Shown here: piece by piece, positions 23,431-35,100 of the stretch
Layout: each line of letters opens with the position of its first letter
Position numbering within the stretch: the stretch's first letter is position 1
DNA from: an uncultured Chroococcidiopsis sp.
GTDB taxonomy: Bacteria; Cyanobacteriota; Cyanobacteriia; Cyanobacteriales; Chroococcidiopsidaceae
DNA: 64,000 nucleotides
Assembly (NCBI GenBank): GCA_964248365.1
Contig: CAXTYC010000004.1
Coordinates: 96,001 to 160,000 of the forward strand
Direction of reading: 5' to 3'
Notes under the pieces: generated by a model
What the model was told of the DNA's origin: nothing
The model's input: only the letters and a program-made list of their open reading frames with translations
Databases searched by the model: none
Translations under genes and position numbers: made by a program

Positions 23431-23464
23431 AACCTACGGATCTATAATTATTGATCCGTAGGTT
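23431..23464 (-). terminator. Hairpin downstream of the Gfo/Idh/MocA gene
   Basis: AACCTACGGATC-N10-GATCCGTAGGTT. Confidence 0.7.
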
Positions 23465-23474
23465 AATAAAAAGT

Positions 23475-24554
23475 CTATACTGCTACAACAGGAGTATTAA
23501 GCTGACGAAGTTCGAGATCTTTATGTTGCCAGACTTGACCATCTACAGCTATTTGCTCAATTAAACTTGCTAAACGCAAAGCTTTCAGAGCTTGTTCTCC
23601 ACCTACCGACGGTTGACAGCCGCCTCTTGCACAGCCGACGAAGTGTTCTAACTCAGCGCAGAGTTTGTCAATGTTACTGGTGTAAACCTTCTCAATCAAA
23701 CCGTCTTGACGGTAAAGTACCTGTCCATGTTCTGTCATACAGTTAGCAGTTGTCTGACGGTGGATCAGGATTTCATTGTTAAGAAAGTCCGCCTCAGTCA
23801 AAGAGTTCTTGCAATGGGCGGCAATGCGACGTATTTTACGGTGGGTGACTTTGCTAGCCGTGAGTGTCGCCACAATGCCATTAGCAAATCCCAATGTAGC
23901 AGTCACATAATCCAAGTAGCCAGAGTCGGAGGCGCGGCTACCGCTAGCTGTCAACCTTACTACTGGTGCAGCGGCTAATTCTAATATTAAGTCAATATCA
24001 TGGATCATTAGATCCAAGACAACGGATACATCATTAGCCCGATGTGAATAAGGACTCATGCGGTGTGCTTCTATAGCCAGCAATTGTTCTGTTTTCAAGA
24101 CTTTGCTGAGTTCTTGAAAGGCTGGACTGAAGCGCTCAATATGACCTACTTGCAGAATGCACTGGGAGGAAGCTGCTGCATTTACTAGAGATTCTGCTTC
24201 AGCAATACTAGAAGCGATCGGTTTTTCTATTAGAACATGAACTCCCGCTTGGAGACACGTCATCCCGACAGCGTAATGCCCTCCGGTAGGAACAGCAACA
24301 CAAACAGCGTCTACATGAGGAAGCAAATCTCGGTAATCTTCAAAAAAACGTACTCGGTATTTGCTAGCAATATCTAGTCCTCGTTCAATATTAATATCTG
24401 AGACACCTACAAGTTCTACATCTTTGAGTAAACTCAATACACGGGTGTGATGCTGTCCCATATTACCGACCCCAATCACACCAATCTTGATTGCTTTGGG
24501 CTGGTTACGCTGCATCTGAGGGACTACTTGTCCCATTGATATGCTATTTTGCAC
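23475..24554 (-). CDS. Gfo/Idh/MocA family oxidoreductase
   Basis: IGVIGVGNMG, HVLIEKP, VGHIERF, DLMIHDID. Confidence 0.93.
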   Translation of the reverse strand: MQNSISMGQVVPQMQRNQPKAIKIGVIGVGNMGQHHTRVLSLLKDVELVGVSDINIERGLDIASKYRVRFFEDYRDLLPHVDAVCVAVPTGGHYAVGMTCLQAGVHVLIEKPIASSIAEAESLVNAAASSQCILQVGHIERFSPAFQELSKVLKTEQLLAIEAHRMSPYSHRANDVSVVLDLMIHDIDLILELAAAPVVRLTASGSRASDSGYLDYVTATLGFANGIVATLTASKVTHRKIRRIAAHCKNSLTEADFLNNEILIHRQTTANCMTEHGQVLYRQDGLIEKVYTSNIDKLCAELEHFVGCARGGCQPSVGGEQALKALRLASLIEQIAVDGQVWQHKDLELRQLNTPVVAV

Positions 24555-24953
24555 TCGGTCTTATCCTCCACCACCAAAATTTATCGATGCTTCTGTATTG
24601 TCTTTCGTACTCTACATTTGGGCTTCAATCATTCCATCTCTCGACTGTCTTAAATCTGTCAGATAGTAGCATAATTCCTCTATTTATAAAGATATTCAAA
24701 GTTTATTTGAGGTTTTTTTAGTTTGTCTGTTTTTGTTACGGGTATACCTTTTTAAATTGTCATTTTACTAATGCCGCAACAATAGCACCGAATGTGTCAC
24801 TTTTTTGCCCGTCCATTTGTGGGGGGCTGGAGGCTGGGGGCTGGGGGCTAGAAGAGAGCACTCTTGAGCAGGGGAAGCAGGGGAAGCAGGGGGAGAAAGA
24901 GGAAAATTACGAATGCGCGAATTACGAGTTACGAATTATTTTATGGGGGTTTT

Positions 24954-25643
24954 ATGGTGAAAGCTGTAATTTTGTTATCTGGAGGACTAGATTCTTCAAC
25001 GGTTCTCTATCAAGCTTCGTCAGATGGTTATGAGTGTTACGCTATCTCGTTTGACTATCAGCAGCGGCATCGACGAGAGTTAGAGGCGGCGAAAGCGATC
25101 GCACATGAGGCTAATGTAGTAGATCATCAGCTAGTGACATTCGACTTACGTCAATGGGGTGGTTCGGCATTGACTGATGACAAAATAGACTTGCCGCAAC
25201 TTTGTTCTATATCCCAAATGGGGCAAAATATCCCTGTAACATATGTACCAGCACGGAATACTATCTTTTTAAGCTTTGCCCTAGCTTATGCAGAAACTCT
25301 TGGTGCAGAAAGAATATATATCGGTGTCAACGCCTTAGACTATTCTGGCTATCCAGATTGTCGCCCTGATTACATTCAGGCAATGCAAGAAGTATTTAGA
25401 CTGGGAACTAAACAAGGGCGTGAGGGCAGGAGGCCTCAAATTGTTGCTCCCCTAATTAATCTCAAAAAAACTGAAATCATTCAGCTTGGCAATTCTTTGG
25501 GCGTACCTTGGGAGAAAACTTGGTCTTGCTATGCTGGTGGTGATTCGGCTTGCAGGGTGTGTGACTCTTGTAGATTACGCTTAGCAGCTTTTGCCGAATT
25601 GGGGTTAGAAGATCCACTTCCTTATCGAGGGGCTAGGGGCTAG
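24954..25643 (+). CDS. queC: 7-cyano-7-deazaguanine synthase
   Basis: LLSGGLDSST, YVPARNTIFL, YPDCRP, TWSCY..C..CDSC..R; start at ATG 24954 because the upstream extension is STRR sequence. Confidence 0.96.
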   Translation: MVKAVILLSGGLDSSTVLYQASSDGYECYAISFDYQQRHRRELEAAKAIAHEANVVDHQLVTFDLRQWGGSALTDDKIDLPQLCSISQMGQNIPVTYVPARNTIFLSFALAYAETLGAERIYIGVNALDYSGYPDCRPDYIQAMQEVFRLGTKQGREGRRPQIVAPLINLKKTEIIQLGNSLGVPWEKTWSCYAGGDSACRVCDSCRLRLAAFAELGLEDPLPYRGARG

Positions 25644-25714
25644 AAGAGGGAAAAGGGAAAAGGGAAAAGGGAAAAGCAAAAAGTATAAATTAACAATTTT
25701 GCCCCTCTGCCCCT

Positions 25715-27121
25715 CTACTCCCCAGCTTCCTCAGCCTCCTCAGCTCCCTCAGCTCTCTTATGCAAGCGATGAATCTTGATTTCATCCAGGCGTGGTCCTT
25801 CAACTGACACGACGGTTAGTTCGAGATTTTGATAGGAAATTGTTGTACCTACTGCGGGAATTTGTTGTAGCTGATACAGTACGAAACCGCCTAGGGTTTG
25901 ATATTCTTTTTTTACAGGCAAGTTTAAATCTAACAATTTGTTGAGGTCTTCCAGATTCATTTGCGCTTGCACTAAAAAAGTTTGATCGTCCAAAATTTGG
26001 ATGAGTAACTCGTCGGTACTTTCTGTTACACCTGCGTCGCCAATAATTTCGGCAATCAAATCTTGAATTGTAACTAAACCAACTGTACCGCCAAATTCGT
26101 TGACTACTATAACCACTGCTTGCCGCAACAGTTTTGCCTGCCGTAGACTTTTCTGCATGATTGGTAGTAGTTCACTTAAGGGAGTATTTTCTGGTACAAA
26201 ATGCGTCGGACGAATCCACAGGTAAATTTCAGTTTCTAAAGTCAGTTTTCCCAGCGCCAGAGGCTCTGCCAAATCTTTAAAGTTAATAATGCCGCGCACG
26301 TCGTCTAAAGATTTGCCAATAACTGGATAGCGAGAGTGACCAGTAGCGGCTACTGCTTGCAGCAGTGTTTGTAAAGTAGCATTTTCTGGCAAGGCGATGA
26401 TGTTAGGGCGTTGCACCATAATTTCTGCTACCTTCACATCGCCAAATTCAAAAATATTATTGAGCAGTTCTCGTTCTTCTGCTTCTAAGCCTGTAGATTC
26501 ACGTTCAGTAGAGATAATTAGTTGCAATTCTTCGGATGTTACAGGTGGTTTCCAACCTTGTCCTGTATATTGGATACCTACCAGTCGTAATAAGCAGCGG
26601 GTGGATTGGTTAAGAATCCAAATAAAGGGATTGAAAAATCGGGCGATCGCTTTTAAGGGTGGTCCCAAAAACCTTGCCAGTTGCTCTGAGTAAAGCAAAG
26701 CCACTGACTTGGGGCATAGTTCTCCTAAAATGATTTGCAAATAAGCAACCAAAAGAAAGGCTAAAGGAACTGACACCGAATGAGCAATCAAAGAACGCCT
26801 TCCTATTGACAAGGGCAACTGCTCTAACCAAGATGCTATAAGCACACCCATTGTACTTTCGCCAATCCAACCCAAGGCAATGCTAGAGAGGGTAATACCT
26901 AGCTGGGTTGTAGATAGTACTCGGTCAATACTGCGCTGTAAAGATTGAACTGTAATCGCCTGCACGTCCCCTGCTTCTACCAGTTGGTAGATGCGCGATC
27001 GCCGTACTGACACTATTGAAAACTCAGCAGTGACAAAAAAGGCATTAATTGCAATCAGCAACAACACAGATAACAATCTCAGCCCGATGTCTGCCCAATT
27101 CAGGGGAGGAGGTGCATTCAT
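25715..27121 (-). CDS. Hemolysin/CNNM-CBS family (HlyC/CorC) protein
   Basis: NAFFVTAEFSIV, QLGITL, GELCPK, CBS pair, EYQTLGGFV CorC domain; probable ATG at 27121. Confidence 0.92.
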   Translation of the reverse strand: MNAPPPLNWADIGLRLLSVLLLIAINAFFVTAEFSIVSVRRSRIYQLVEAGDVQAITVQSLQRSIDRVLSTTQLGITLSSIALGWIGESTMGVLIASWLEQLPLSIGRRSLIAHSVSVPLAFLLVAYLQIILGELCPKSVALLYSEQLARFLGPPLKAIARFFNPFIWILNQSTRCLLRLVGIQYTGQGWKPPVTSEELQLIISTERESTGLEAEERELLNNIFEFGDVKVAEIMVQRPNIIALPENATLQTLLQAVAATGHSRYPVIGKSLDDVRGIINFKDLAEPLALGKLTLETEIYLWIRPTHFVPENTPLSELLPIMQKSLRQAKLLRQAVVIVVNEFGGTVGLVTIQDLIAEIIGDAGVTESTDELLIQILDDQTFLVQAQMNLEDLNKLLDLNLPVKKEYQTLGGFVLYQLQQIPAVGTTISYQNLELTVVSVEGPRLDEIKIHRLHKRAEGAEEAEEAGE

Positions 27122-27234
27122 CTTCAAAGGGGTAAGGAGGCAAGGAGTGAGGGGAAAGGAGAACAATGAACGATAAAAGCTGACTGAAATTATTCATAAT
27201 TCATTATTCATAATTTCCTGCCACGCTCCTTTAC

Positions 27235-27927
27235 CTATCTGTTTATAGGGATTTCTAACATTTGTAGTCGTATTTGCTGTTCAGGATAATCTGTCAGCGT
27301 CATCGAAAGTTTGTTCACATTATCAAGTAAGACAGTAGAAATACTCACCGTGCCAGAAAAAATCTTGCCGTTCGGTGGTAACTCCCAAGGCAAACCTTCA
27401 GTATTTGCACTCAGCGCCCGTCCTTGATCATCTGTCACATCCAAAAAACTAGAAAGGAAACGTACAGTCCTATTTCCCTCATTTTTGAAGTTCACCTTCA
27501 GTTGTAAAGCCCCACCAGAGAAACGAGCTGATAGCACTTCTAGCGTCACTCCTTGATTTTTATTGATCAGCGGAAACCCTGGCTGCGGACTCTCCTCGTC
27601 TGTCATCTGCTTTGTTTGTGAGGATGTCTGCTTACTCCTATTTTGGTTGTCCAGTAATGGCTTTTCTGGCTTGACTTTCTTCCCTTTGCCCTCAATTGTG
27701 GCTCTCACATTGGTAAGGATGTCTTCTTCTTTCAACATTACTACTGCCCCTTGTCCAGACTTGTGTTTACCTCGCTTGATTTTATTTGTGGGGCGAGCAT
27801 CAGGCTGATTCACACCTTTGAGCGCCTCCATCCCTACTGTAAATCCCCAAATTGCACTTCCATAGCCTGCCCCCAACATCAGGATTAACAAAGCTAAAGT
27901 CAGGGCTACTGTCGAATTCAGTTTCAT
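27235..27927 (-). CDS. Conserved cyanobacterial hypothetical membrane-anchored protein
   Basis: MKLNSTVALTLALLILMLGAG...ALKGVNQPD.RP; C-terminal beta-rich domain. Confidence 0.75.
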   Translation of the reverse strand: MKLNSTVALTLALLILMLGAGYGSAIWGFTVGMEALKGVNQPDARPTNKIKRGKHKSGQGAVVMLKEEDILTNVRATIEGKGKKVKPEKPLLDNQNRSKQTSSQTKQMTDEESPQPGFPLINKNQGVTLEVLSARFSGGALQLKVNFKNEGNRTVRFLSSFLDVTDDQGRALSANTEGLPWELPPNGKIFSGTVSISTVLLDNVNKLSMTLTDYPEQQIRLQMLEIPINR

Positions 27928-28222
27928 TGTTGATGCTCGCTTAATCAAGAGCATTGACGTTATTGACCCAATTTTTATCTAAACAACTGGTCGTTTGTAA
28001 CATTATGAGCACGTAAATTATCTACTATCGGTGTTGTATCGATATTAATATCGATTAAATCAAAACTGCCTTTAGGAGATATAATTTTAGCTCTATCACT
28101 GTTGGGTCATCTTTTGAGGCGGAAAATTGCTCTACCTATACACTGATACGCTATACTAGTGAACACGCTAAAATGACGGGTTGAGTTTTTTAGCCCTACG
28201 ACTTAATCAGCCTTGAGATTAA

Positions 28223-28295
28223 GCGCCGTTGACCGATTGGGGAGGTAGCGAACTCATAATTCGCCTTCAGGCTGGTTCGATTCCAGCACGGCGCA
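28223..28295 (+). tRNA. tRNA with CAU anticodon, most likely tRNA-Ile2 (lysidine type)
   Basis: Acceptor GCGCCGT/ACGGCGC plus A73, anticodon arm GCGAA-CTCATAA-TTCGC, T arm GCTGG-TTCGATT-CCAGC; CCA not encoded. Confidence 0.9.
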
Positions 28296-28402
28296 CTAAT
28301 AGCTGTTAGCAGTTGATTGACTAATGAGTATTAAAGATGTGCAGCGCTTAAATGGAGTTACGCGCCAGCTAACCGCTAATAGCTAACAGCTAACTGAGGT
28401 TA

Positions 28403-28822
28403 CTACTTTTCAAATATTAAGTCATTGCCCTGTGTATCTTGATTGACATCAATCTTGGGAGCAGTCAAAATTGATGATTGGTAGGGATTTGGTAGATCGC
28501 GAGTGCGAATAACCGGATCGCTGTTCGTTTGTTGTTTCAAGGAAGTTCGGAATAAATCGTGAACTTGTGCAGCATCGCGGTTGATTTCATTTTCAGTAAA
28601 TCCACTTTTACCAAACATCAAATCGAGTTGCCGCCCCAAGGAACGATTGCGGAAAAAATTGGGATCGTTATTAAAAAAAGTTCGCTCAAATATATCAGCA
28701 AGCGTTTCATCAGCTTTGGGTTGAGTGCTAGTGGTTGGTTGGGCGATCGCCGCCTGATGAAAACCAGTAGCAGCAAGTACAATAACCAATATACCGCTCA
28801 GTCTGTTGAAATTTATACGCAT
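28403..28822 (-). CDS. Exported conserved hypothetical protein
   Basis: Signal peptide; ENEINRDA...DPVIRTRDLPNPY. Confidence 0.75.
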   Translation of the reverse strand: MRINFNRLSGILVIVLAATGFHQAAIAQPTTSTQPKADETLADIFERTFFNNDPNFFRNRSLGRQLDLMFGKSGFTENEINRDAAQVHDLFRTSLKQQTNSDPVIRTRDLPNPYQSSILTAPKIDVNQDTQGNDLIFEK

Positions 28823-28923
28823 ACAGTTTATCCTCTATGTTGGTACAAGCTTGATTTATGCTTAAATCTAAATTTAGTCTTAGCCTATTTTTTGATTCTT
28901 CATCAAGTATTGACTGTTAGTTA

Positions 28924-29538
28924 ATGACATACCAAGCCCAATCACAGCTAAAATCAGATGTCTGGGCAGCTACTGCTGATTTAACAACGCTGCGCCAGCA
29001 TCTGCTTGATTTATTTTGTCAACTTGCCTATCAAGAAGGTGATTTCGTTCTTTCTTCAGGGCAACGTAGTTCTTATTACATTAATGGCAAGGAAGTGACA
29101 CTGCATCCTAATGGTGCATTGGCAATTGGTCGAATTCTGTTATCCCAGCTACCGACAGATACCCAGGCAGTGGCAGGATTGACACTGGGAGCAGATCCAA
29201 TTGTCAGCGCTGTAAGTGTAGTTTCTGCCATTGAAAACCGACCAATTCCAGCGTTAATTATTCGCAAAGAAGCCAAAGGACATGGCACAAGGGCATATAT
29301 TGAAGGTCCAAGTTTACCAGAGGGTGCGATCGTTGTAGTTTTAGAAGATGTCGTCACGACGGGACAATCAGCCATGAAAGCTGTTGAACGGCTGCGACAA
29401 GCGGGTTACAAAGTCGATACAGTCATGGCATTGGTAGATAGACAGCAAGGCGGAGCCGAATTGTATGCGTCGGCAGGGTTGAAGTTTCAATCTGTGTTTA
29501 ATATTACCGAAATTCAAGAGCGATACAAGCAGCTGTAA
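28924..29538 (+). CDS. pyrE: Orotate phosphoribosyltransferase
   Basis: FVLSSGQRSSYY, RKEAKGHG, VVLEDVVTTGQS PRPP-binding motif. Confidence 0.96.
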   Translation: MTYQAQSQLKSDVWAATADLTTLRQHLLDLFCQLAYQEGDFVLSSGQRSSYYINGKEVTLHPNGALAIGRILLSQLPTDTQAVAGLTLGADPIVSAVSVVSAIENRPIPALIIRKEAKGHGTRAYIEGPSLPEGAIVVVLEDVVTTGQSAMKAVERLRQAGYKVDTVMALVDRQQGGAELYASAGLKFQSVFNITEIQERYKQL

Positions 29539-29719
29539 TCCGCCACCCTTGCCCACCTTTTAACCCTGCAAAAAGTAGATTCAATACTCGTGTTGATGAT
29601 ACACTTGTTCGTAGCTATGGCAATAAACGGATACGTATTTCAGCAACAATAAATTACATTTGATAATTCTTAAAGAAATTAAATAAGGTGGGCATTGCCC
29701 ACCCTACAAGCTACAAACC

Positions 29720-31105
<1,386 letters not shown>

Positions 31106-31108
31106 TTA

Positions 31109-31187
31109 ACAGCTTCCCTCCGCTGGTATTACCCAGTATCAGGTTCTAAGGGACTGTCTCAGCCTGGCTACCCAGACACCCCTAGCT
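31109..31187 (-). promoter_or_regulatory. TPP riboswitch upstream of thiC
   Basis: Minus strand AGCTAGGGGTGTC...GGCTGAGA..CCCTTAGAACCTGATACTGGGTAATACCAGCGGAGGGAAGCT matches the THI-box consensus. Confidence 0.95.
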
Positions 31188-31303
31188 TGGTGAAAATTTT
31201 AGCACTGGAGTTAGAGGTAAATTCAAACAGTAAATAAATGTTGATAGTAAAAAAATTTGTGACAAAAATGATGTCATAATAGTCATCAGATAAAAATTGA
31301 TGT

Positions 31304-31485
31304 ATGGATCGAATTATCCGTACAACATTAGCGCTTACTGCCGATCTGATAGAAGCAACTGAGATTGATGCGGCGTTTGCAGCAATGGCTGATGATGATG
31401 AATATCAGTCACAAGCCCTGATGATAAGCGATGAATTTGCGATCGCTGACTGGGAAGCGTTTCAATTAGGCGAGTCCCAAAAGTC
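31304..31485 (+). pseudogene. RHH/CopG-type antitoxin remnant with apparent internal deletion
   Basis: IRTTLALTADLIEAT joined directly to EIDAAFAAMADDDEYQ...ADWEAFQLGE; the middle RHH helix appears missing; no stop before the toxin. Confidence 0.6.
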
Positions 31486-31844
31486 AGGCGAGGGGAAGTT
31501 TATGATGCTCGTCTGGCTCCTACTGAGGGTTCGCCAGCAGACAGGGATTCGACCTGTAATAATTGTTAGTCGTGATGCTATTAATGTAAGTAGTCCAGTT
31601 GTGCTAGCAGTTCCCTGCCCTCCTTATCGCCCTGGAAAAAGGATCTATCGATCGTCAAGTACTTTTGCGATCGCCTGATGGTGGTTTAGATCAGGACTCG
31701 GTAGCGTTGGGTGAGCAAGTTCGCACTCTAGCTAAGACTCGTTTTTTACGTTTGCGTGGAATACTTTCATTCTCATCTTTGGCTCAATTGGATAAAGCAT
31801 TGTTAATTGCTTTAGATATGCAAGGGCAAGTAGAGTTTGAATAA
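31486..31844 (+). pseudogene. MazF/PemK-type toxin pseudogene (two frameshifts)
   Basis: RRGEVYDARLAPTEGS / QQTGIRPVIIVSRDAINVSSPVVLAVPC..RPGKRIY / SQVLLRSPDGGLDQDSVALGEQVRTLAKTRF...LDKALLIALD. Confidence 0.8.
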
Positions 31845-31893
31845 TAAAGGGGGGATCGCTTTTATGGTAGTGTGTGCGATCGCACCGATAAAT

Positions 31894-32103
31894 TTATTGT
31901 GCCGATTTACGCTTTTGCTCAATATGGTCTAATACTGCTTGGTGAATTTCTTCTGGAGTCATCGATGCAGGATAAACTACAGAGCTAGGTTTTGCAGTCA
32001 AACGATCCACAAATGCGTAAAAAGCCTCTTGATCGTTCCGATGTTCATAGACATAAGCTCGTAATTCTGCCTCACTCATAGCATCAAAATTTGGTTTGGT
32101 CAT
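31894..32103 (-). CDS. DUF6887-like small protein
   Basis: MTKPNFDAMSEAELRAYVYEHRNDQEAFYAFVDRL; its ATG overlaps the upstream TGA (ATGA). Confidence 0.75.
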   Translation of the reverse strand: MTKPNFDAMSEAELRAYVYEHRNDQEAFYAFVDRLTAKPSSVVYPASMTPEEIHQAVLDHIEQKRKSAQ

Positions 32104-32276
32104 AGGAAGCGCCAATTTCCATCACGACTAACTAGGATTTCTATCTCTTTTCCAGATAGGATGAATATTTCTCCTGTGCGCTCATCCAGACGCAGTATGT
32201 CTATTGACAAGTAGGCTGTTGTCAATGTTTGGCATAAGTAAACGCACTTTAGAGCTTGTTCTACTGTCGGAAGAAT
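32100..32276 (-). CDS. DUF6888-like small protein, partner of DUF6887; no canonical start codon
   Basis: (I)LPTVEQALKCVYLCQTLTTAYLSIDILRLDERTGEIFILSGKEIEILVSRDGNWRFL*; in-frame TAA 6 codons upstream of an ATT. Confidence 0.65.
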   Translation of the reverse strand: MLPTVEQALKCVYLCQTLTTAYLSIDILRLDERTGEIFILSGKEIEILVSRDGNWRFL

Positions 32277-32679
32277 GTTTGCTGCTCTAGTGAATTAATT
32301 ATTTTAATCTTACATCACTGTTTTATGACATTGATGAATAATTATCACCAAGGGTTGTTATTGCAAAATCAAGATTGGTTAGGTGTTTCGACAATAGCTA
32401 TTTGGACATAAATCTTCGTTCGCAAATAGTGCGTTACGGCACTATAAGTTAAGTAATTGATAGTTCACCTATCATATTTGCAAGAGCGCACCCTACTGCC
32501 GTGTTGCTCAAAAAAGTAAGACTCAATAGAAACTGAGGCGATCGCACTCCCTCCACCACAGCGAGTCGCAACCACCCATCTATCCGCGCTAGCATGGTCA
32601 TTGATTGTAAAAATAGTCGCTCTAAACAAAAAGCGATCGTGTTATAATCACCTGTTCCACACAAGTGCTAAAATACTCC

Positions 32680-33183
32680 ATGCCACCCAAAATTACAGAT
32701 CCAGTCGCATGGCAGCAGGCTGAACTGCTGATGCAACCTGCTTTCATCCGAGTTATAGATCATATCCGTAAGCAACTTGACGAATCTGCTTGGAAGGGAA
32801 CTTACGAGAATGTGCTGATTTGGCCAGAAGGGACAACAGAGGAAGCCAAAGCTAGGGTAACTGGGTTAGTGCAAGAATTGGAAGGTGCATCACCGGAAAA
32901 AACAGCCCAAATTGAGCAGGCGATCGCCTCCTTACCTATTCCTCAACCAGGATATCAATTATCTTTGCAGCATGGAGATCAGCAATTTAGCTTTGATTTG
33001 TGGGAACTTTGCTATCAAGTTTGTTTTCGCCACTACAGCCCTGCATTGGCAGAATCACCTAATTATAAAGTTGAAATTGATACTAACCTGATTGATGAAA
33101 CTGGAGATGTAGACTGGCAGGTTCTCGATATTAAAGCAGAAAAGTTAGTTGAGCAGATATTTGCAAGCTTACCAAATGTTTAA
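32680..33183 (+). CDS. Conserved cyanobacterial hypothetical protein
   Basis: AWQQAELLMQPAFIRVIDHIRKQLDESAWKGTY...DLWELCYQVCF...GDVDWQVLD. Confidence 0.8.
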   Translation: MPPKITDPVAWQQAELLMQPAFIRVIDHIRKQLDESAWKGTYENVLIWPEGTTEEAKARVTGLVQELEGASPEKTAQIEQAIASLPIPQPGYQLSLQHGDQQFSFDLWELCYQVCFRHYSPALAESPNYKVEIDTNLIDETGDVDWQVLDIKAEKLVEQIFASLPNV

Positions 33184-33321
33184 TATCTATTGGTAATTGG
33201 TAGTTGGTAGTTGGTAGTTGATAATTTCACCTATTACCCATTACCCATGACCTATTACCTATTACCCATTACCATAAATTGTTATAAATAGGCATTATTA
33301 GGGACTACAATTAAAAGTTCA

Positions 33322-34377
33322 ATGATTGAGCAATTGCAGGAAGTACAAGCAGCAGCAGGGGCGTTTTTTGCCGAAAGCAACGGGATAACAATTCCAGTTA
33401 ACTTTGGTAATGACTCAGAAGCTATGCAAGCAGTGCGGGAAGGGGTTGCTATATGCGATCGCTCCCACTGGGGGAAAATTCTAGTCTCTGATAGCGATCG
33501 CCTCCGGTTTCTGCACAATCAGAGTACAAACGATTTCCAGCGACTCCAACCAGGACAAGGCTGTGATACTGTTTTTGTAACGTCCACTGCACGTACGATT
33601 GACCTAGCAACAGCTTACGTGATGGAAGACGCAGTATTGCTGCTGGTTTCACCTAATCGGCGTAATTATATCATAGATTGGCTCGACCGCTACATCTTTT
33701 TTGCCGATCAAGTGAAATTGCAAGATGTAACAAGTGAGAGTGCCGTCTTTAGCTTAATTGGATCGAACAGTGACGCTATGTTAGAACAGCTAGGGGTGAA
33801 TACAATTATCGGACAACCACTAGCCACTCACCAGTTAATTCAGCTAGCAGATGTAGAAGTGCGTGTCGCTGTCGGTAGTGGTTTAGCTACACCTGGATAT
33901 ACGATTATTGTTCCAAAAGAGAAAGCAGCGACAGTTTGGAGTAAACTTGTAGAAACTGGGGCAGTACCATTAGGCGATCGCGTTTGGGAAGTGCTGCGAA
34001 TTGAACAAGGACGACCAGCTCCAGATCACGAACTCACTGAAGATTACAATCCCCTGGAAGCTGGCTTGTGGCAAACACTTTCTTTTGATAAAGGCTGCTA
34101 CATTGGTCAGGAAACCATTGCCCGTCTAAACACTTACAAAGGCGTAAAGCAATATCTTTGGGGTATCCGCCTAGTTGCCCCAGCCGAACCAGGTAGTGTA
34201 ATTACAGTCAAAGAGGAAAAAGTCGGAAAGCTTACCAGCGCAATAGAAACTGAAAACGGTTTCTTTGGGCTAGGATACATCCGTACCAAAGCTGGCGGTG
34301 CTGGTTTAAAAGTACAGGTAGGAGAAACGACAGGCGAAGTCGTTGATGTACCCTTTTTAACTCGTGAGGAAACATAG
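33322..34377 (+). CDS. ygfZ: Folate-binding YgfZ/GcvT-family protein
   Basis: RLRFLHNQSTND and the KGCYIGQE signature. Confidence 0.93.
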   Translation: MIEQLQEVQAAAGAFFAESNGITIPVNFGNDSEAMQAVREGVAICDRSHWGKILVSDSDRLRFLHNQSTNDFQRLQPGQGCDTVFVTSTARTIDLATAYVMEDAVLLLVSPNRRNYIIDWLDRYIFFADQVKLQDVTSESAVFSLIGSNSDAMLEQLGVNTIIGQPLATHQLIQLADVEVRVAVGSGLATPGYTIIVPKEKAATVWSKLVETGAVPLGDRVWEVLRIEQGRPAPDHELTEDYNPLEAGLWQTLSFDKGCYIGQETIARLNTYKGVKQYLWGIRLVAPAEPGSVITVKEEKVGKLTSAIETENGFFGLGYIRTKAGGAGLKVQVGETTGEVVDVPFLTREET

Positions 34378-34389
34378 TTTACTCATTGA

Positions 34390-34582
34390 GGCAGCAGAGG
34401 GGCAGGGGGAACTCGATCTTCCCCTCTGGGGAACTCGCTCTTCACTCGCGTAGTGGGGATTAGGGGCAAGGGGGGAGAGAGGGGCAGGGGGGCAGAGGAG
34501 AAAATTCAATCTCTTATCCCTGATCCAAAATCTAAAATCTAAAATCCCCTAGCCACTGGTTCCACTAGCCCCTAGCCCCTCT
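34390..34582. repeat. Composite repeat tract with a GGGGAACTCGATCTTCCCCTCTGGGGA element plus STRRs
   Basis: The same element occurs at 49271-49314 (reverse) and 55832-55875. Confidence 0.8.
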
Positions 34583-34879
34583 CTAGGGGTGAAACTTGTG
34601 ATAAAGCATGGCGGCGATCGCCACTCCGCCCAGTAGATGTCTTTCTACCACTGCTGGCACTTCAGCAGGGTGAACGCGACAATACCATACCTGATCGGGA
34701 AGAATTTTTACCATAGGTCCCATGCCACATTGTCCCATGCAGCTACTGGCGATCGCTGTAACACCTGGAACTGAGTGCGCCTGAAAAGCTGCTAAGACTT
34801 TAGCCGCCCCTTGCTTGCGGCAAGTGCGATGCTGACAAACCAACACACATCTAGCAGGTAGATTGTAGTTCTCTTGCAA
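34583..34879 (-). CDS. Thioredoxin-like (2Fe-2S) ferredoxin
   Basis: VLVCQHRTC...SSCMGQCGMGP..VWY..HLLGG. Confidence 0.9.
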   Translation of the reverse strand: MQENYNLPARCVLVCQHRTCRKQGAAKVLAAFQAHSVPGVTAIASSCMGQCGMGPMVKILPDQVWYCRVHPAEVPAVVERHLLGGVAIAAMLYHKFHP

Positions 34880-35100
34880 AAACGACTGATAATTTAAACG
34901 CGACTAATCCAAGTACAGCATAGCGCATACTCAGATGATTAGACTTGTACAAGAGGGGCTAGGGACTAGGGGCTAGAGGTTAGAAAAAGGGACTCGGGAC
35001 TCGGGAAATTGATGATTTTCTCCTCTGCCCCCCTGCCCCCCTGCTCCCCTGCCCCTTGCGCCCCTTGCCCCTGAAGCCTCCCTGCTCCTTCTGCTCCCGA

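Noticed and set aside
24794..24953. N-terminal extension of queC and ORF 24794-25033
   Set aside because: These are translated STRR sequence; QueC similarity begins at ATG 24954.
28038..28055. Perfect palindrome ATCGATATTAATATCGAT upstream of the tRNA
   Set aside because: AT-rich, single occurrence, and no regulator can be assigned.
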